64,000 nucleotides of DNA from Candidatus Saliniplasma sp. GTDB lineage: Archaea; Thermoplasmatota; Thermoplasmata; Halarchaeoplasmatales; Halarchaeoplasmataceae. The notes beneath the pieces are model-generated. The model saw nothing but the letters and a program-made list of their open reading frames with translations, did not search any database and was not told the origin of the DNA. The position numbers and the translations under genes are program-made. Of the stretch, positions 39,464 through 49,751 are shown piece after piece (within the stretch, counting starts at the first letter, position 1; the number at the start of each line of letters is the position of its first letter). The stretch is taken from NCBI GenBank assembly GCA_046497075.1, contig JAWOGF010000054.1:3371-67370 (forward strand), in the 5' to 3' direction.

Positions 39464-41191
39464 TCAAGTCCTTTTAAACATCTTATCCATTTTTTTGATC
39501 GAGAAATTGATTATCGTTGGTCTCCCATGTGGACAGGTATAAGGAATATCGGTCTTACCCAATTCTTGGATTATCTCTTTGGCCCTGGTGAGCGATAAAC
39601 TATCCCCGGCCATAACAGAGGATCTACAGGCCATGTATTTGATCAATTCTTCCTTCCTTTCTTCAAGACTGCTGTTCTTGAGGTCGAAAAGTTCATCCAA
39701 AACGGAGTGGATCATCTCTTCCTCCTGTATTTCGCCCAAAACTACGGGGATCCCCCTTAATCTAAAGGTTGATTTTCCAAAGGATTCGAGTTTGAAACCC
39801 AGATTTTCTAAAAGTTTTTTATTCGCTTTGATAAGAGCTGCTTCTCTAGGTTTAACTTCAATTGTCTTAGGGGATAATAAGTCTTGACTTCCGATCTTAT
39901 CGTCATATTTCATTTTCAACCTTTCATAGTTGATCCTCTCATGTGCCGCATGTTGGTCAATGATGGAAAGACCATCGGGGGTTTCTGCTAAGATATATGA
40001 GTCTTTGAATACACCTAATATTTTCATTTCAGCTAATTTAGATTCCTGAACATCAACTTTTTCTTTTAAACCTAGTTTACTTTGAGAGTATATATTGCCA
40101 GCATCCCCTTCATGTCTCTCCTCTAGATCGGTTTTTCTCTGTTTTTCCTCATATCCGTCATCCTTAACATCTTTAACATCTTCATCAGGGCTTGGTACTA
40201 GATCGTGTTCTAGGAGTGTTGTCTTTACAGCTTTAGCCGCTTCTTTTTTTACCTTCTCCTTTTCTTGAAATCGTATTTTAGTTTTTGTTGGATGTACATT
40301 CACATCGATATTATCTCCAGATATGGATAGATCAATGACCGTAATAGGATAGCGTCTCGTTGGAAGTAGTGTTGTATAGCCTTCCATCACGCTGTCCTTC
40401 AAAAGTGAGTTTTCAACGAATCTTCCATTAACATATGTATATATGTGCTTTCTATTTGATCTTGTCACTTCAGGTTTGCTCAGGAAGCCATCTATAGAAA
40501 GATGGTCGCTTTCATGGTCCATATGAACCATCTTTTTAGCGATATCGATTCCATATATTGATTTTATATTTTCCAGCTTTGACTCAGCTTTGGGTACGAA
40601 AAAGATCTCATTTCCATTGTGAACCAACGTGAATTGAACTTCTGGCTTTGATAGTGCATTCCTCGTAACGATATCGGTGATGTGGGCCAATTCAGTATTG
40701 GTTTTATTAAGATATTTTCGCCTAGCAGGTGTGTTGTAAAATAAGTCGTTTACTTCAATTAAAGTTCCTACTGGACAACCAACGGTATCTAAACTTTGAA
40801 TTTCGCCTCCGTGGATATCGATCTCTACCCCTTCGAGTTCATCCTTTCGTTTGGTTTTAGCCTTCACTTTTGATACCGCTGCTATACTTGGTAATGCTTC
40901 TCCTCTAAAACCTAGGCTATCAAGATCATCAAGGTCCTCGATATCGTTGATCTTACTTGTAGCGTGCTTTTTAAACGCTAGTTCTACCTCTTCTTTATTC
41001 ATGCCAGCCCCGTTATCCTTTACTAGGATACGGTCCTTTCCCCCCTCTTCGACTTCGATATATATCTCATCTGCACCAGCATCTAGGGAATTCTCTACAA
41101 GCTCTTTAACAACAGATGCTGGTCGTTCTATAACTTCTCCGGCCGCTATCTGGTTAACGGTTTGTGCTGATAATACTTTGATATTAGACAT
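39464..41191 (-). CDS. mutL: DNA mismatch repair endonuclease MutL
   Basis: IAAGEVIERP, GFRGEAL, DVNVHPTK, DQHAAHER, MACR, CPHGRP. Confidence 0.97.
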   Translation of the reverse strand: MSNIKVLSAQTVNQIAAGEVIERPASVVKELVENSLDAGADEIYIEVEEGGKDRILVKDNGAGMNKEEVELAFKKHATSKINDIEDLDDLDSLGFRGEALPSIAAVSKVKAKTKRKDELEGVEIDIHGGEIQSLDTVGCPVGTLIEVNDLFYNTPARRKYLNKTNTELAHITDIVTRNALSKPEVQFTLVHNGNEIFFVPKAESKLENIKSIYGIDIAKKMVHMDHESDHLSIDGFLSKPEVTRSNRKHIYTYVNGRFVENSLLKDSVMEGYTTLLPTRRYPITVIDLSISGDNIDVNVHPTKTKIRFQEKEKVKKEAAKAVKTTLLEHDLVPSPDEDVKDVKDDGYEEKQRKTDLEERHEGDAGNIYSQSKLGLKEKVDVQESKLAEMKILGVFKDSYILAETPDGLSIIDQHAAHERINYERLKMKYDDKIGSQDLLSPKTIEVKPREAALIKANKKLLENLGFKLESFGKSTFRLRGIPVVLGEIQEEEMIHSVLDELFDLKNSSLEERKEELIKYMACRSSVMAGDSLSLTRAKEIIQELGKTDIPYTCPHGRPTIINFSIKKMDKMFKRT

Positions 41192-41192
41192 C

Positions 41193-43787
41193 TTAATCCT
41201 CTACCTCTTTTCTCAATCTCCAAAGTTCGTTCATAGCCTCCATTGGAGTCATATTTTCGATATCAATCTTCTTTAGTTCCTCGATAACGGGATGACTTTC
41301 AGAAGATGTTTTTCCAGTGCCAGGTTCAAAAACAACCTGTTTAAATTTTGGACTATCCTGTGTTTCCATCTTTATAGTGTGGTCCTCTTCTATTTGACTC
41401 AGAACTTCCATAGACCGTTCAACTACGGGATTAGGTACACCTGCGAGAGAAGCGACATGGACCCCATAACTTTCGTCAGTATGTCCCTCTCGAACTTTTC
41501 TTAAGAATGTAACATCCCCTTCACTTTCTTTAACCGCCACGTGTATGTTCTTGACTCCTTTTAGAGATTTTTCTAGTTCAGTGATCTCGTGATAATGAGT
41601 AGCAAATAGTGTCTTAGCTTTGATATTATTATTGATATATTCAGTTACAGCCCAAGCAATACTCAAACCGTCGAAAGTACTGGTTCCACTGCCTATTTCA
41701 TCGAGTAAAATCAAGCTATTTCGTGAAGCGTTATGCAGTATATTTGCAAGTTCAACCATCTCTACCATGAATGTAGATTTACCCCTGGTCAGTGCATCTA
41801 ATGAACCAACACGGGTAAAGATCCTGTCAACGATCCCTATATGAGCCTTCTCAGCAGGTACGAAACTTCCTATTTGGGCTAACAATGTAATCAATGCATT
41901 CTGCCTCATATATGTCGATTTACCGGACATGTTGGGCCCAGTGATAATAATATACCTGTTGTTCTCCATATCTAAAAGTGCATCGTTCGGTACAAAGCTC
42001 TCAACTGTTTTTTCAACTACTGGATGTCTACCCTCTTTGATATCTAACCTACCGTCATGACCGATCTCCGGACGATTGTAGTCATTTCTAACAGCTAGAT
42101 GAGCAAAGTTGGATATCACGTCCAATTTGGATAGTATTTCTGCGGTCTTTTGAAATCTCTTAGACTGCTCACCCACCTCTTCTCTGATCTCTTTGAATAT
42201 CTCATATTCAAGTGCCTCCATCTTCTCTTCCGAACTGATAATCTCTTCCTCTTTGTCTTTAAGTTTCTCAGTATAATATCGTTCACTGTTTTTTAAAGTC
42301 TGTTTCCTAGAATAATTATCGGGAACTTTATCGATCTGTGTTTTTGGTATCTCTATATAGTATCCATGAACCTTATTATATCCGACTTTCAAGGTTTCGA
42401 TACCGGTCCTATCTTTCTCCTTTTTCTCCAATGAACTGATCCAATCTTTTCCTTCCTTGGTTTTCCTCTTAAGTTCATCTAGATTATCATCAAAACCCTC
42501 TTTTATGATACCCCCCTCTTTCACAGTGTTGGGTGGATCGTCAACTATAGCCTTATTGATCAGTTCCCAAATGTCTTCCATTGGGTCTAGAGAATCTTTT
42601 AGATCCTGTAAATAATCGCTTTCCACGTTCTTCAAGATGTCCAATAGAGGCCCCAATTTATCCAAAACACTTTTTATCGATATAAGATCCCTACCGTTAG
42701 CATTTCCATAAACAACTCTGCTGATCAGTCTTTCTAGATCAGATATCCCATCCATTTGATCCCGGATATCGTCTCTGAGGAATATCTCGTTCTTCAACTC
42801 TTGCACCGCATCTAATCTCTCTTCTATCTGATCGATATCTAGAAGAGGCTGCTGCAGCCACTTCCTCAACTTTCTACATCCCATAGACGTTACAGTATCA
42901 TCTATAATTTTTAAGAGGGTCCCTTCTTTCCCGCTCTCACGCAGGTTTTGAAAGATCTCCAAGTTTTTTAAAGTTGTAGCGTCTAAAGTCATGTAGTCAT
43001 CATGAGAATAATACCGCAGTCTCTGGATATAGTCCATAGTTCTTTTTTGTGTATCCTCTAGGTAATCTAAAACCGCTCCTGCAGCTCTGATAGCTTCTTT
43101 CTTATCTTTGATGCCAAGAGGTTCCAAGGTTTCGGTATCGAACTGCTCTAGTAATTTTAACTCAGCAGTATGTGGACGGAAAACTTCGTCTTTGTACTTG
43201 TTTACCATCATAGGAACCTCTTGCTTTATCTTTTCTACAAATTGCTGGTCATTGATCAAATTTGACGGTAATATGCATTCTGAAGGTTCATATCGTACTA
43301 TTTCCGAAAGAAGGCCTTTTACATCATCTAGTTGTGTAACTAAAAAATCACCTGTAGATATATCCACTGCAGCTAGACCATGCGCTCCTCTACCTGCTAT
43401 CCCGATCAGAAAGTTATTACTAGAGCCTTCTAGTAATCCTTCATCTATGACCGTCCCTGGAGTAACCACTCTGACTACCTCTCTATCGACTAAGCCTTTA
43501 GCTTTGCTCGGGTCTTGAACTTGTTCAGCTATCGCTACGGTGTAACCATTTTTTATAAGCCTTTGAATGTATGAGTCTGCAGAGTGGTATGGAACTCCGG
43601 CCATTGGGATCGGATCATTTTTTCCTTTTTCTCGACTAGTTAAAGCTATATCAAGCTCATCCGCTGCTAATTTAGCATCCTCATCGAACATTTCATAAAA
43701 ATCGCCCATACGGAAGAAAAGAATAGAATCTGGATACTGCTTCTTTAGTTCATAATACTGTTCCATCATAGGTGTTCTATCAGCCAT
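41193..43787 (-). CDS. mutS: DNA mismatch repair protein MutS (MutS1)
   Basis: TPMMEQY, GDFYEMF, GPNMSGKST, STFMVEM, FATHYHE, SYGVHVA. Confidence 0.97.
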   Translation of the reverse strand: MADRTPMMEQYYELKKQYPDSILFFRMGDFYEMFDEDAKLAADELDIALTSREKGKNDPIPMAGVPYHSADSYIQRLIKNGYTVAIAEQVQDPSKAKGLVDREVVRVVTPGTVIDEGLLEGSSNNFLIGIAGRGAHGLAAVDISTGDFLVTQLDDVKGLLSEIVRYEPSECILPSNLINDQQFVEKIKQEVPMMVNKYKDEVFRPHTAELKLLEQFDTETLEPLGIKDKKEAIRAAGAVLDYLEDTQKRTMDYIQRLRYYSHDDYMTLDATTLKNLEIFQNLRESGKEGTLLKIIDDTVTSMGCRKLRKWLQQPLLDIDQIEERLDAVQELKNEIFLRDDIRDQMDGISDLERLISRVVYGNANGRDLISIKSVLDKLGPLLDILKNVESDYLQDLKDSLDPMEDIWELINKAIVDDPPNTVKEGGIIKEGFDDNLDELKRKTKEGKDWISSLEKKEKDRTGIETLKVGYNKVHGYYIEIPKTQIDKVPDNYSRKQTLKNSERYYTEKLKDKEEEIISSEEKMEALEYEIFKEIREEVGEQSKRFQKTAEILSKLDVISNFAHLAVRNDYNRPEIGHDGRLDIKEGRHPVVEKTVESFVPNDALLDMENNRYIIITGPNMSGKSTYMRQNALITLLAQIGSFVPAEKAHIGIVDRIFTRVGSLDALTRGKSTFMVEMVELANILHNASRNSLILLDEIGSGTSTFDGLSIAWAVTEYINNNIKAKTLFATHYHEITELEKSLKGVKNIHVAVKESEGDVTFLRKVREGHTDESYGVHVASLAGVPNPVVERSMEVLSQIEEDHTIKMETQDSPKFKQVVFEPGTGKTSSESHPVIEELKKIDIENMTPMEAMNELWRLRKEVED

Positions 43788-43909
43788 TCAATGTACCTCC
43801 GTTGCTTTTTTCATCGTTTTTATATCTCCTTGGATTTGAAAAATGAAATGTAGCTTATAAACCTTTTTTCAAAAGCTCAGGTCAAAAATATTTTATAGTT
43901 AGGAATAAA

Positions 43910-44863
43910 TTAAAGCAAAGTTTTTAGACTCAACTCTTCAACTAGCTCTTTATATCTGTTGCGGATTGTTACTTCAGTCACGGAAGCTACCCTAGCGATC
44001 TTTTTCTGGGTGATCTTATCTCTTCTGTTTTTTGCTGCGATGTATATGGCTGCTGCAGCAAGACCAGAAGGGCATTTACCCGATAAAAACCTAAGACTTT
44101 CTGCTTTATCGATTATCTCCTTTGCATCTCTTTGAATTCTACCATCTAACTCTAATCTATCACAAAATCTTTCGATATAGTATTGAGCTTTAACAGGCTC
44201 TATTTTCAGTTTGAGCTCTCTACAGAGGGATATATATGCCCTACCAATCTCTCTTTTCTTGAACAATGTCACCTCTGAGATTTCCTTCAAGGTTCTAGGG
44301 ATACCTGCTTGTTTACATGTTGTGTATACACAGGATGCCGCAATACAATTGATGTTCCTACCCCGTATCAGATTCTTTTTTACCGCATTCTTGTAAAGTG
44401 AACAAGATACCTCTCTCACCGGTCTAGGTAATCCTAGAACTGAACCTATTCTATCTATTTCACGAAAAGCTTTTTCCAAGTTTTTTTCTAGTGCATTCGA
44501 TGCTCTTAGTCTTTTTTGCCATTTTCTTAACCTATATAGTTGAGAGCGGGTACTTTTCGATATAGGTTTTCCGTATGAATCTTTGTCTTTATGGTCTATG
44601 ATAGTTGTCAAACCTTTATCAAAAACTCTCACGTTTGCAGGAGGGCCCGTTCTAATTTTGTCCCCCTCTATTTCAAAATCGTTAGATAACCACTCATCCC
44701 CTTCGTAAAAATATAATTCTTCCAGTACTAGGCCACACTTGTTACATAACAGTTCTCCATGCTGATTATCTAGGACTATATTATGACTACCGCATTCAGG
44801 GCATATATTTATGGATATTACAGACTCTACTTTTCTACCTATCGCCAATTCTAATTTATGCAA
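43910..44863 (-). CDS. tfb: Transcription initiation factor IIB, divergent paralog
   Basis: CPECGS...CNKCG Zn ribbon, two cyclin repeats, VTEVTIRNRYKEL. Confidence 0.92.
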   Translation of the reverse strand: MHKLELAIGRKVESVISINICPECGSHNIVLDNQHGELLCNKCGLVLEELYFYEGDEWLSNDFEIEGDKIRTGPPANVRVFDKGLTTIIDHKDKDSYGKPISKSTRSQLYRLRKWQKRLRASNALEKNLEKAFREIDRIGSVLGLPRPVREVSCSLYKNAVKKNLIRGRNINCIAASCVYTTCKQAGIPRTLKEISEVTLFKKREIGRAYISLCRELKLKIEPVKAQYYIERFCDRLELDGRIQRDAKEIIDKAESLRFLSGKCPSGLAAAAIYIAAKNRRDKITQKKIARVASVTEVTIRNRYKELVEELSLKTLL

Positions 44864-45260
44864 ATTATCTCACCCCCGCGTTAATTTTGTTAACCCTCTT
44901 AATCTAAGCGGTAAATATCGGAATACATCTCTATGTTTATAAATGTATCGTGTATACTAATAAAAATCTAGAAGATTTAGATATAATTTAACAAATAATA
45001 TTAACGCATAGATATTTTTAACAAATAGATATGTTTTCCCAATCTATAGAGTACATCGGTCATATTATGTTCTCGGATCTAGTTTTTCACTATCTTAACC
45101 CCATCTATAAGAATATATCTAGAGCCTAGTCCATATTTTCTCTTGAAACATTCAATCGTTCACATTGATATCCAACATTTCGGAGATACTATTGATAGAA
45201 TGTTCTAAATGCCTCGTATTGAGTTCATATCGTAAATATAAAAGAAACGTAGTAGTTTTT

Positions 45261-48200
45261 TCAGTATTCTATCGTCCATGTGACCTCAGAATCCGCATCA
45301 TTGTACAGGTAGTAACCTTCACCAGGGCTGAATTCGAAGTTTTGTGGGTCATAGCTGTAGGCTAAATTGTTATCCTTTGCTCCATCAAAGTAACCCACAA
45401 TGGTTACTTTATCTGGTGTTCCTTCAACGGTTGCTGTCGAACTCGGGTAACTCACCATGTTCCATCCAGAATCCAATGTGATGTTCGTTCTCGTTGGTTC
45501 TGTTCCTTCGACTGTCAGCGTATCGTCAGCGTTCATCTGTATCCAGATCCCCATTTTGTGATCCCAGTTGTTCAATTCATTGAAATGCTCTTCTCGACCC
45601 GGTACGTGGGAGAGCCATTTTTCTGCTACAGAATCATAGTACATCACCTTATCATAATTACCTATGATACCGTATTCTTCATCTTCGAGTATAGATCCGA
45701 GGTCGGTATTCTCCAAATCTAGATTGAACGATACAAAGTTCCAGCCTTCTGCATCACCTTCAGTGTTCAAAGTGATGTCCATCGTGTGGAGTTCTTTCTC
45801 TACAAAGTGTGCTGTTACTACCTTATCTCCGTCTAAAGTAATAGTTGTCTTATTATCTGAGAAAACATTTTTGATGGTATCCCAGACTTCCTCGGTCTCA
45901 TAACCCAGTGCCCAGAAACCGGTACCCCCTAAGCTTTGATTCTTCACATATCTCCACTTCATTTCAAGCGACTCTTCATCATCGTACCACCCTTGATACC
46001 ACTGCCCGTTCTCCTCATAAGCGTACCACGGAACACTAGAATCTTCATGCCAATTCCTGCCGTAGACATCAGCATTATCTACAGCCTCCGTCATAAACAC
46101 TGATTCGCCATCACCTTCTGTTGCTGCACCTGGTTCATTGCTTTCAGCGGGCCATTCGTATCCGTAAAAGGGTAAACCCATGACCAGTTGTTTATCGAGA
46201 TAGTAATCTCTTAAAATATCCATAGAATCCGTGACATCGAAATACTGTTCCGAGTCGTATGGGGATACTGGACCTGTGTTCTGAGCCCCACTCCAATGAT
46301 AGTCATAACCCATCAAAAACACATGATCAGTATATTCAGAAAGTTGGGAATTCCTGTAAACCTCTTCCACAGATCCAGCTGTGCAGAAGCTTATATGATA
46401 ATTCTCATTTTCTGCCTTTACGTCTTGATACAAGGTTAATAACAGTTCTTCCATCAGGTCAACGTTAGATTCGCCGGTTATGCTGTTTGTTTCACGAACG
46501 AACTCTATATCGATGTTGACCCCATCTGCGTCGTAATCATCTAATACGCTTACAACATTGTCTACCAGGTCTTGTTTATGATATGCCAGTATCTCATCCT
46601 GTATATCCTGGTCGAATTGAGTGATGGTTAATGTTACATCAGTATCTGTTCCTTCTGATGCGTTTTTTACATCATCATAATGATCCATGTTGCCTTCATA
46701 TAGAGAACCATCTGATTGAGCTGTAATAGAGAACACGGAAACATGCGTGAGCTCTTCCCAATTCGGCTCGTATTCAGTTGGGTCTGTCCAGTGAGGCCAG
46801 AAACCATATATGATATCATCTTGATTTTCTTGTCTGTTCTCGATGTTTACCTGATTATCAACGCTCCAATTTTCGAATTTCCAACTTTCATCTGGAATAG
46901 CTTCAATGGTCACCTCCGTGCCTTCTTCATAGATGTATGTGCCTGGTTCGGGATCGGTGGTACCACCTTCTTCTGCAACAATTTCGAGAGAATAATTATC
47001 AGTATCTGTTCTGAATGTTTCAATCAGTCCCACATCCTCTTCACTATCCCACTGCACCACAGCCTCGAATTCATACTCCGTATCAGATTTCAGACCTGAA
47101 ACATACTCATAGAACATACCTTCTGAGGTAATCTGCTGTGATTGAGTTTCCTGCCAAGTCGTATCTCCTGATTCTTTGTACCTGAAGAAAACTTGAACAT
47201 CCGGGTCCATAACGGGTTCCTGTGCACTATCTGAATTACCTTCTTCTATACCATTGGTTCCTACAGCTCTCACAATATACCAATAATAAGGTTCCCCAGC
47301 TGCATCATCATCTATATATCCATAGTCACTCGAACCGTTTGCTACTACGTTTTCAATAGGATTATCCCAGGGTCCATTTTCATCTTCTGAACGGTAAATA
47401 TTGTAATAATCGACTTCACCAGATGCATCATCCGGGCTAGCATCCCAGGTAATCTGATTGTGAGGAGCATCCATACCTCCCATATCTAAAAGTTCGCCCT
47501 CTAAAGTTGCTGAATCGGTGTTTACGTCTGACGTTCCAATAGTTTCGACTTCCATATTTGCTGCATCTAAAACTTCGAACTCCCCATTCCATTCGTCGTC
47601 AACGGGAGGGGATTTTAGTTCACACCATGCTGCTATTCTTACGTGATGTTGACCTTCCTCACTCTCTGAATGAGTATGTGTAAATGTTTTTGTTTCATTA
47701 GGATCTAAAGTATCCCATTTCGATGCCACATAATCATCACCTACATACAGCTCTGCTGAAACGTCCCCTGATTCATCCCCAACGTTCGTAATATTACCTT
47801 CAATGGTCACCGTTTCATTAGTTTCAACAGTGTTGGGCATGGTAGACCAATCCGACAACTCGAACTCAGGGTAACTTTCCTCTGTGACTTCGAACGAACT
47901 ATTCCATCTCTGCCACCAGCCACCTACTATACCGTCGTCATAGTAGAACACATATAAATCTACATCATAAGTACCTGGTGAATCTATCGTCCTATCAAAA
48001 CTAAATGATTCAGTTTCATCCCAACCCAAGGATCCAGTGACAAGGTTATCTACTTCCGTTCCATCGATATATAAGGATACTAAAGCTTGTGCATGATTTT
48101 GACCGTTATCATGGATAACCTCACCAGATATGGTTACTGTATCACCTGCTTCAACGGGATCAGGATTTATGTCTTCTCCATAAGTAAATCTCCAGGAACA

Positions 48201-49367
48201 ATCCTGGGAGCAACATTCACCGGACTCACCATCCTCATAACCCATGAACGCATTATCATCGATTTCTGAATCCAAATCCGTGTCCGATAATATATACTCT
48301 TCATTAGAATTGTTATCTTGATGGTGTTCAATCGTAAGATTATCAGGAGGTGCTGGTGCACCTGTTTCTTGTTCGACCGTGAATTCCCCCTCCCATTCAT
48401 CGCCTATCCCATCATAATATTCAAAGACCCACACATCATACGTCCCCTCTTCCTCCTCTGAATGTTGAAAAGAAACTCCAGTGCTTTCTCCGGGTGCCAA
48501 ACTTTTCCATTGAGTATCTGTATATTCACCATTTATGTAAAGTTCTATGGGAACGGTATCTTCATCATCACCTATGTTCTCAACTTCACCATCGATGGTA
48601 ACTGTTTCTCCTGGTTCTACTGTATCCGGAGCTGCAGACCAATTGTTCAAAACAAATTCAGCTTCACCAGGCGGACTAGGATCCACTCCAAAGTAGTCAC
48701 ATATCGCCCTGTAATGAGCCTCTGCTATACGCTGTCTAATATCTGGATCCATTAATTTTGCTTCTTCATCAGGATTATCTATAAACATATTCTCAGTGAG
48801 GGATGCGGGCATCCATGTTTCCCTTAGAACGGCATAGTTTGCGGTCTTCACCCCTCTGTCAGGGCTGTCTATCTCAGCTATCAGTTCATCCTGTAGAAGA
48901 GTTGTCAGCTGGGCGGCATCTGAGTCAGAGGGTAAATCCTCGTGATAAAATGATTCAATCCCCTTAGTGTTTCCATCAAAAGCGTTATTATGTAAGCTGA
49001 TAAAGATGTCGGTCCCGGCATTATTGGCTATATCCGCCCTCTCTGAGAGTCCAACGTAAACGTCCGTTTCACGGGTCATGACGACTTCAGCACCATTTGC
49101 TTCGAGCAGGTCCCTTAAACGCAGTCCGATGTCTAGAACACATTCCTTTTCGAGATAACCACTTGGACCGACGGCCCCCGAATCTGAACCTCCATGCCCG
49201 GGATCCACCGCTATGATATATTCACTCAGATCCAGCGGACCTTCACTAGCATCAGGGCCTTCAGTGTTTTGTTCCCCATCTATAAAAACAGTTCCCAATG
49301 ACGAAAATGTCATTAATATTAAACATATAGCTATCGATATACTCAATATCTTGCTACGTTTATGCAT
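45261..49367 (-). CDS. Secreted multidomain cell-wall hydrolase: signal peptide, N-acetylmuramoyl-L-alanine amidase (Amidase_3), CARDB/Ig-like and FN3-like domains, GH18 glycosidase, C-terminal GWN-repeat domain
   Basis: N-terminal basic then hydrophobic segment. Amidase motifs DPGHGG..E, SLHNNA, LTENMFIDN (~49220-48685). GH18 motifs DGVNIDIE, MGYDYH, GLPFYG, FWALG (~46820-45860). GGAGG RBS upstream. Confidence 0.88.
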   Translation of the reverse strand: MHKRSKILSISIAICLILMTFSSLGTVFIDGEQNTEGPDASEGPLDLSEYIIAVDPGHGGSDSGAVGPSGYLEKECVLDIGLRLRDLLEANGAEVVMTRETDVYVGLSERADIANNAGTDIFISLHNNAFDGNTKGIESFYHEDLPSDSDAAQLTTLLQDELIAEIDSPDRGVKTANYAVLRETWMPASLTENMFIDNPDEEAKLMDPDIRQRIAEAHYRAICDYFGVDPSPPGEAEFVLNNWSAAPDTVEPGETVTIDGEVENIGDDEDTVPIELYINGEYTDTQWKSLAPGESTGVSFQHSEEEEGTYDVWVFEYYDGIGDEWEGEFTVEQETGAPAPPDNLTIEHHQDNNSNEEYILSDTDLDSEIDDNAFMGYEDGESGECCSQDCSWRFTYGEDINPDPVEAGDTVTISGEVIHDNGQNHAQALVSLYIDGTEVDNLVTGSLGWDETESFSFDRTIDSPGTYDVDLYVFYYDDGIVGGWWQRWNSSFEVTEESYPEFELSDWSTMPNTVETNETVTIEGNITNVGDESGDVSAELYVGDDYVASKWDTLDPNETKTFTHTHSESEEGQHHVRIAAWCELKSPPVDDEWNGEFEVLDAANMEVETIGTSDVNTDSATLEGELLDMGGMDAPHNQITWDASPDDASGEVDYYNIYRSEDENGPWDNPIENVVANGSSDYGYIDDDAAGEPYYWYIVRAVGTNGIEEGNSDSAQEPVMDPDVQVFFRYKESGDTTWQETQSQQITSEGMFYEYVSGLKSDTEYEFEAVVQWDSEEDVGLIETFRTDTDNYSLEIVAEEGGTTDPEPGTYIYEEGTEVTIEAIPDESWKFENWSVDNQVNIENRQENQDDIIYGFWPHWTDPTEYEPNWEELTHVSVFSITAQSDGSLYEGNMDHYDDVKNASEGTDTDVTLTITQFDQDIQDEILAYHKQDLVDNVVSVLDDYDADGVNIDIEFVRETNSITGESNVDLMEELLLTLYQDVKAENENYHISFCTAGSVEEVYRNSQLSEYTDHVFLMGYDYHWSGAQNTGPVSPYDSEQYFDVTDSMDILRDYYLDKQLVMGLPFYGYEWPAESNEPGAATEGDGESVFMTEAVDNADVYGRNWHEDSSVPWYAYEENGQWYQGWYDDEESLEMKWRYVKNQSLGGTGFWALGYETEEVWDTIKNVFSDNKTTITLDGDKVVTAHFVEKELHTMDITLNTEGDAEGWNFVSFNLDLENTDLGSILEDEEYGIIGNYDKVMYYDSVAEKWLSHVPGREEHFNELNNWDHKMGIWIQMNADDTLTVEGTEPTRTNITLDSGWNMVSYPSSTATVEGTPDKVTIVGYFDGAKDNNLAYSYDPQNFEFSPGEGYYLYNDADSEVTWTIEY

Positions 49368-49677
49368 TTGATTTCCTCCTTAAACAGATACACAGGATCT
49401 GGTAGTGTATCGTACCCGAATCGACAGAACTATGCTTTAAGAGTTCTGTCCCTTATAATATATATGTGTTTACTTCATATATAGATTACCTTTTTAATCG
49501 GAGAGTCTTATGTTAGAGATCCATATCTAGTAAGACGTGAATCTAACTATTTATAAAGGGACCGCTAGATTAGAATCTGCAGTGATAACGAGAATCAAGA
49601 CGAATAAATGAACGAAGTAAATTTATTCGTCGAAATCATAGATTCTACCTGCCCATTAAAAATATAAAATTTTATAA

Positions 49678-49751
49678 TGGGCTCAGCCGGATTCGAACCG
49701 GCGACCTCCGCCATGTCAAGGCGACGTCATAACCAACTAGACTATGAGCCC
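49678..49751 (-). tRNA. tRNA-Val(GAC)
   Basis: GGGCUCA/UGAGCCC acceptor stem, UCGCC-UUGACAU-GGCGG anticodon arm, GGUUCGAAUCC T-arm. Confidence 0.96.

Noticed and set aside
39464-43787. mutS-mutL as a novelty in an archaeon
   Set aside because: Bacterial-type MutS1/MutL are already known in several euryarchaeal lineages, and the motifs here are canonical
43800-49751. Integrated element or provirus at tRNA-Val carrying tfb and the hydrolase
   Set aside because: No integrase, transposase or viral genes, and I found no duplicated tRNA 3' end (att site) on the far side
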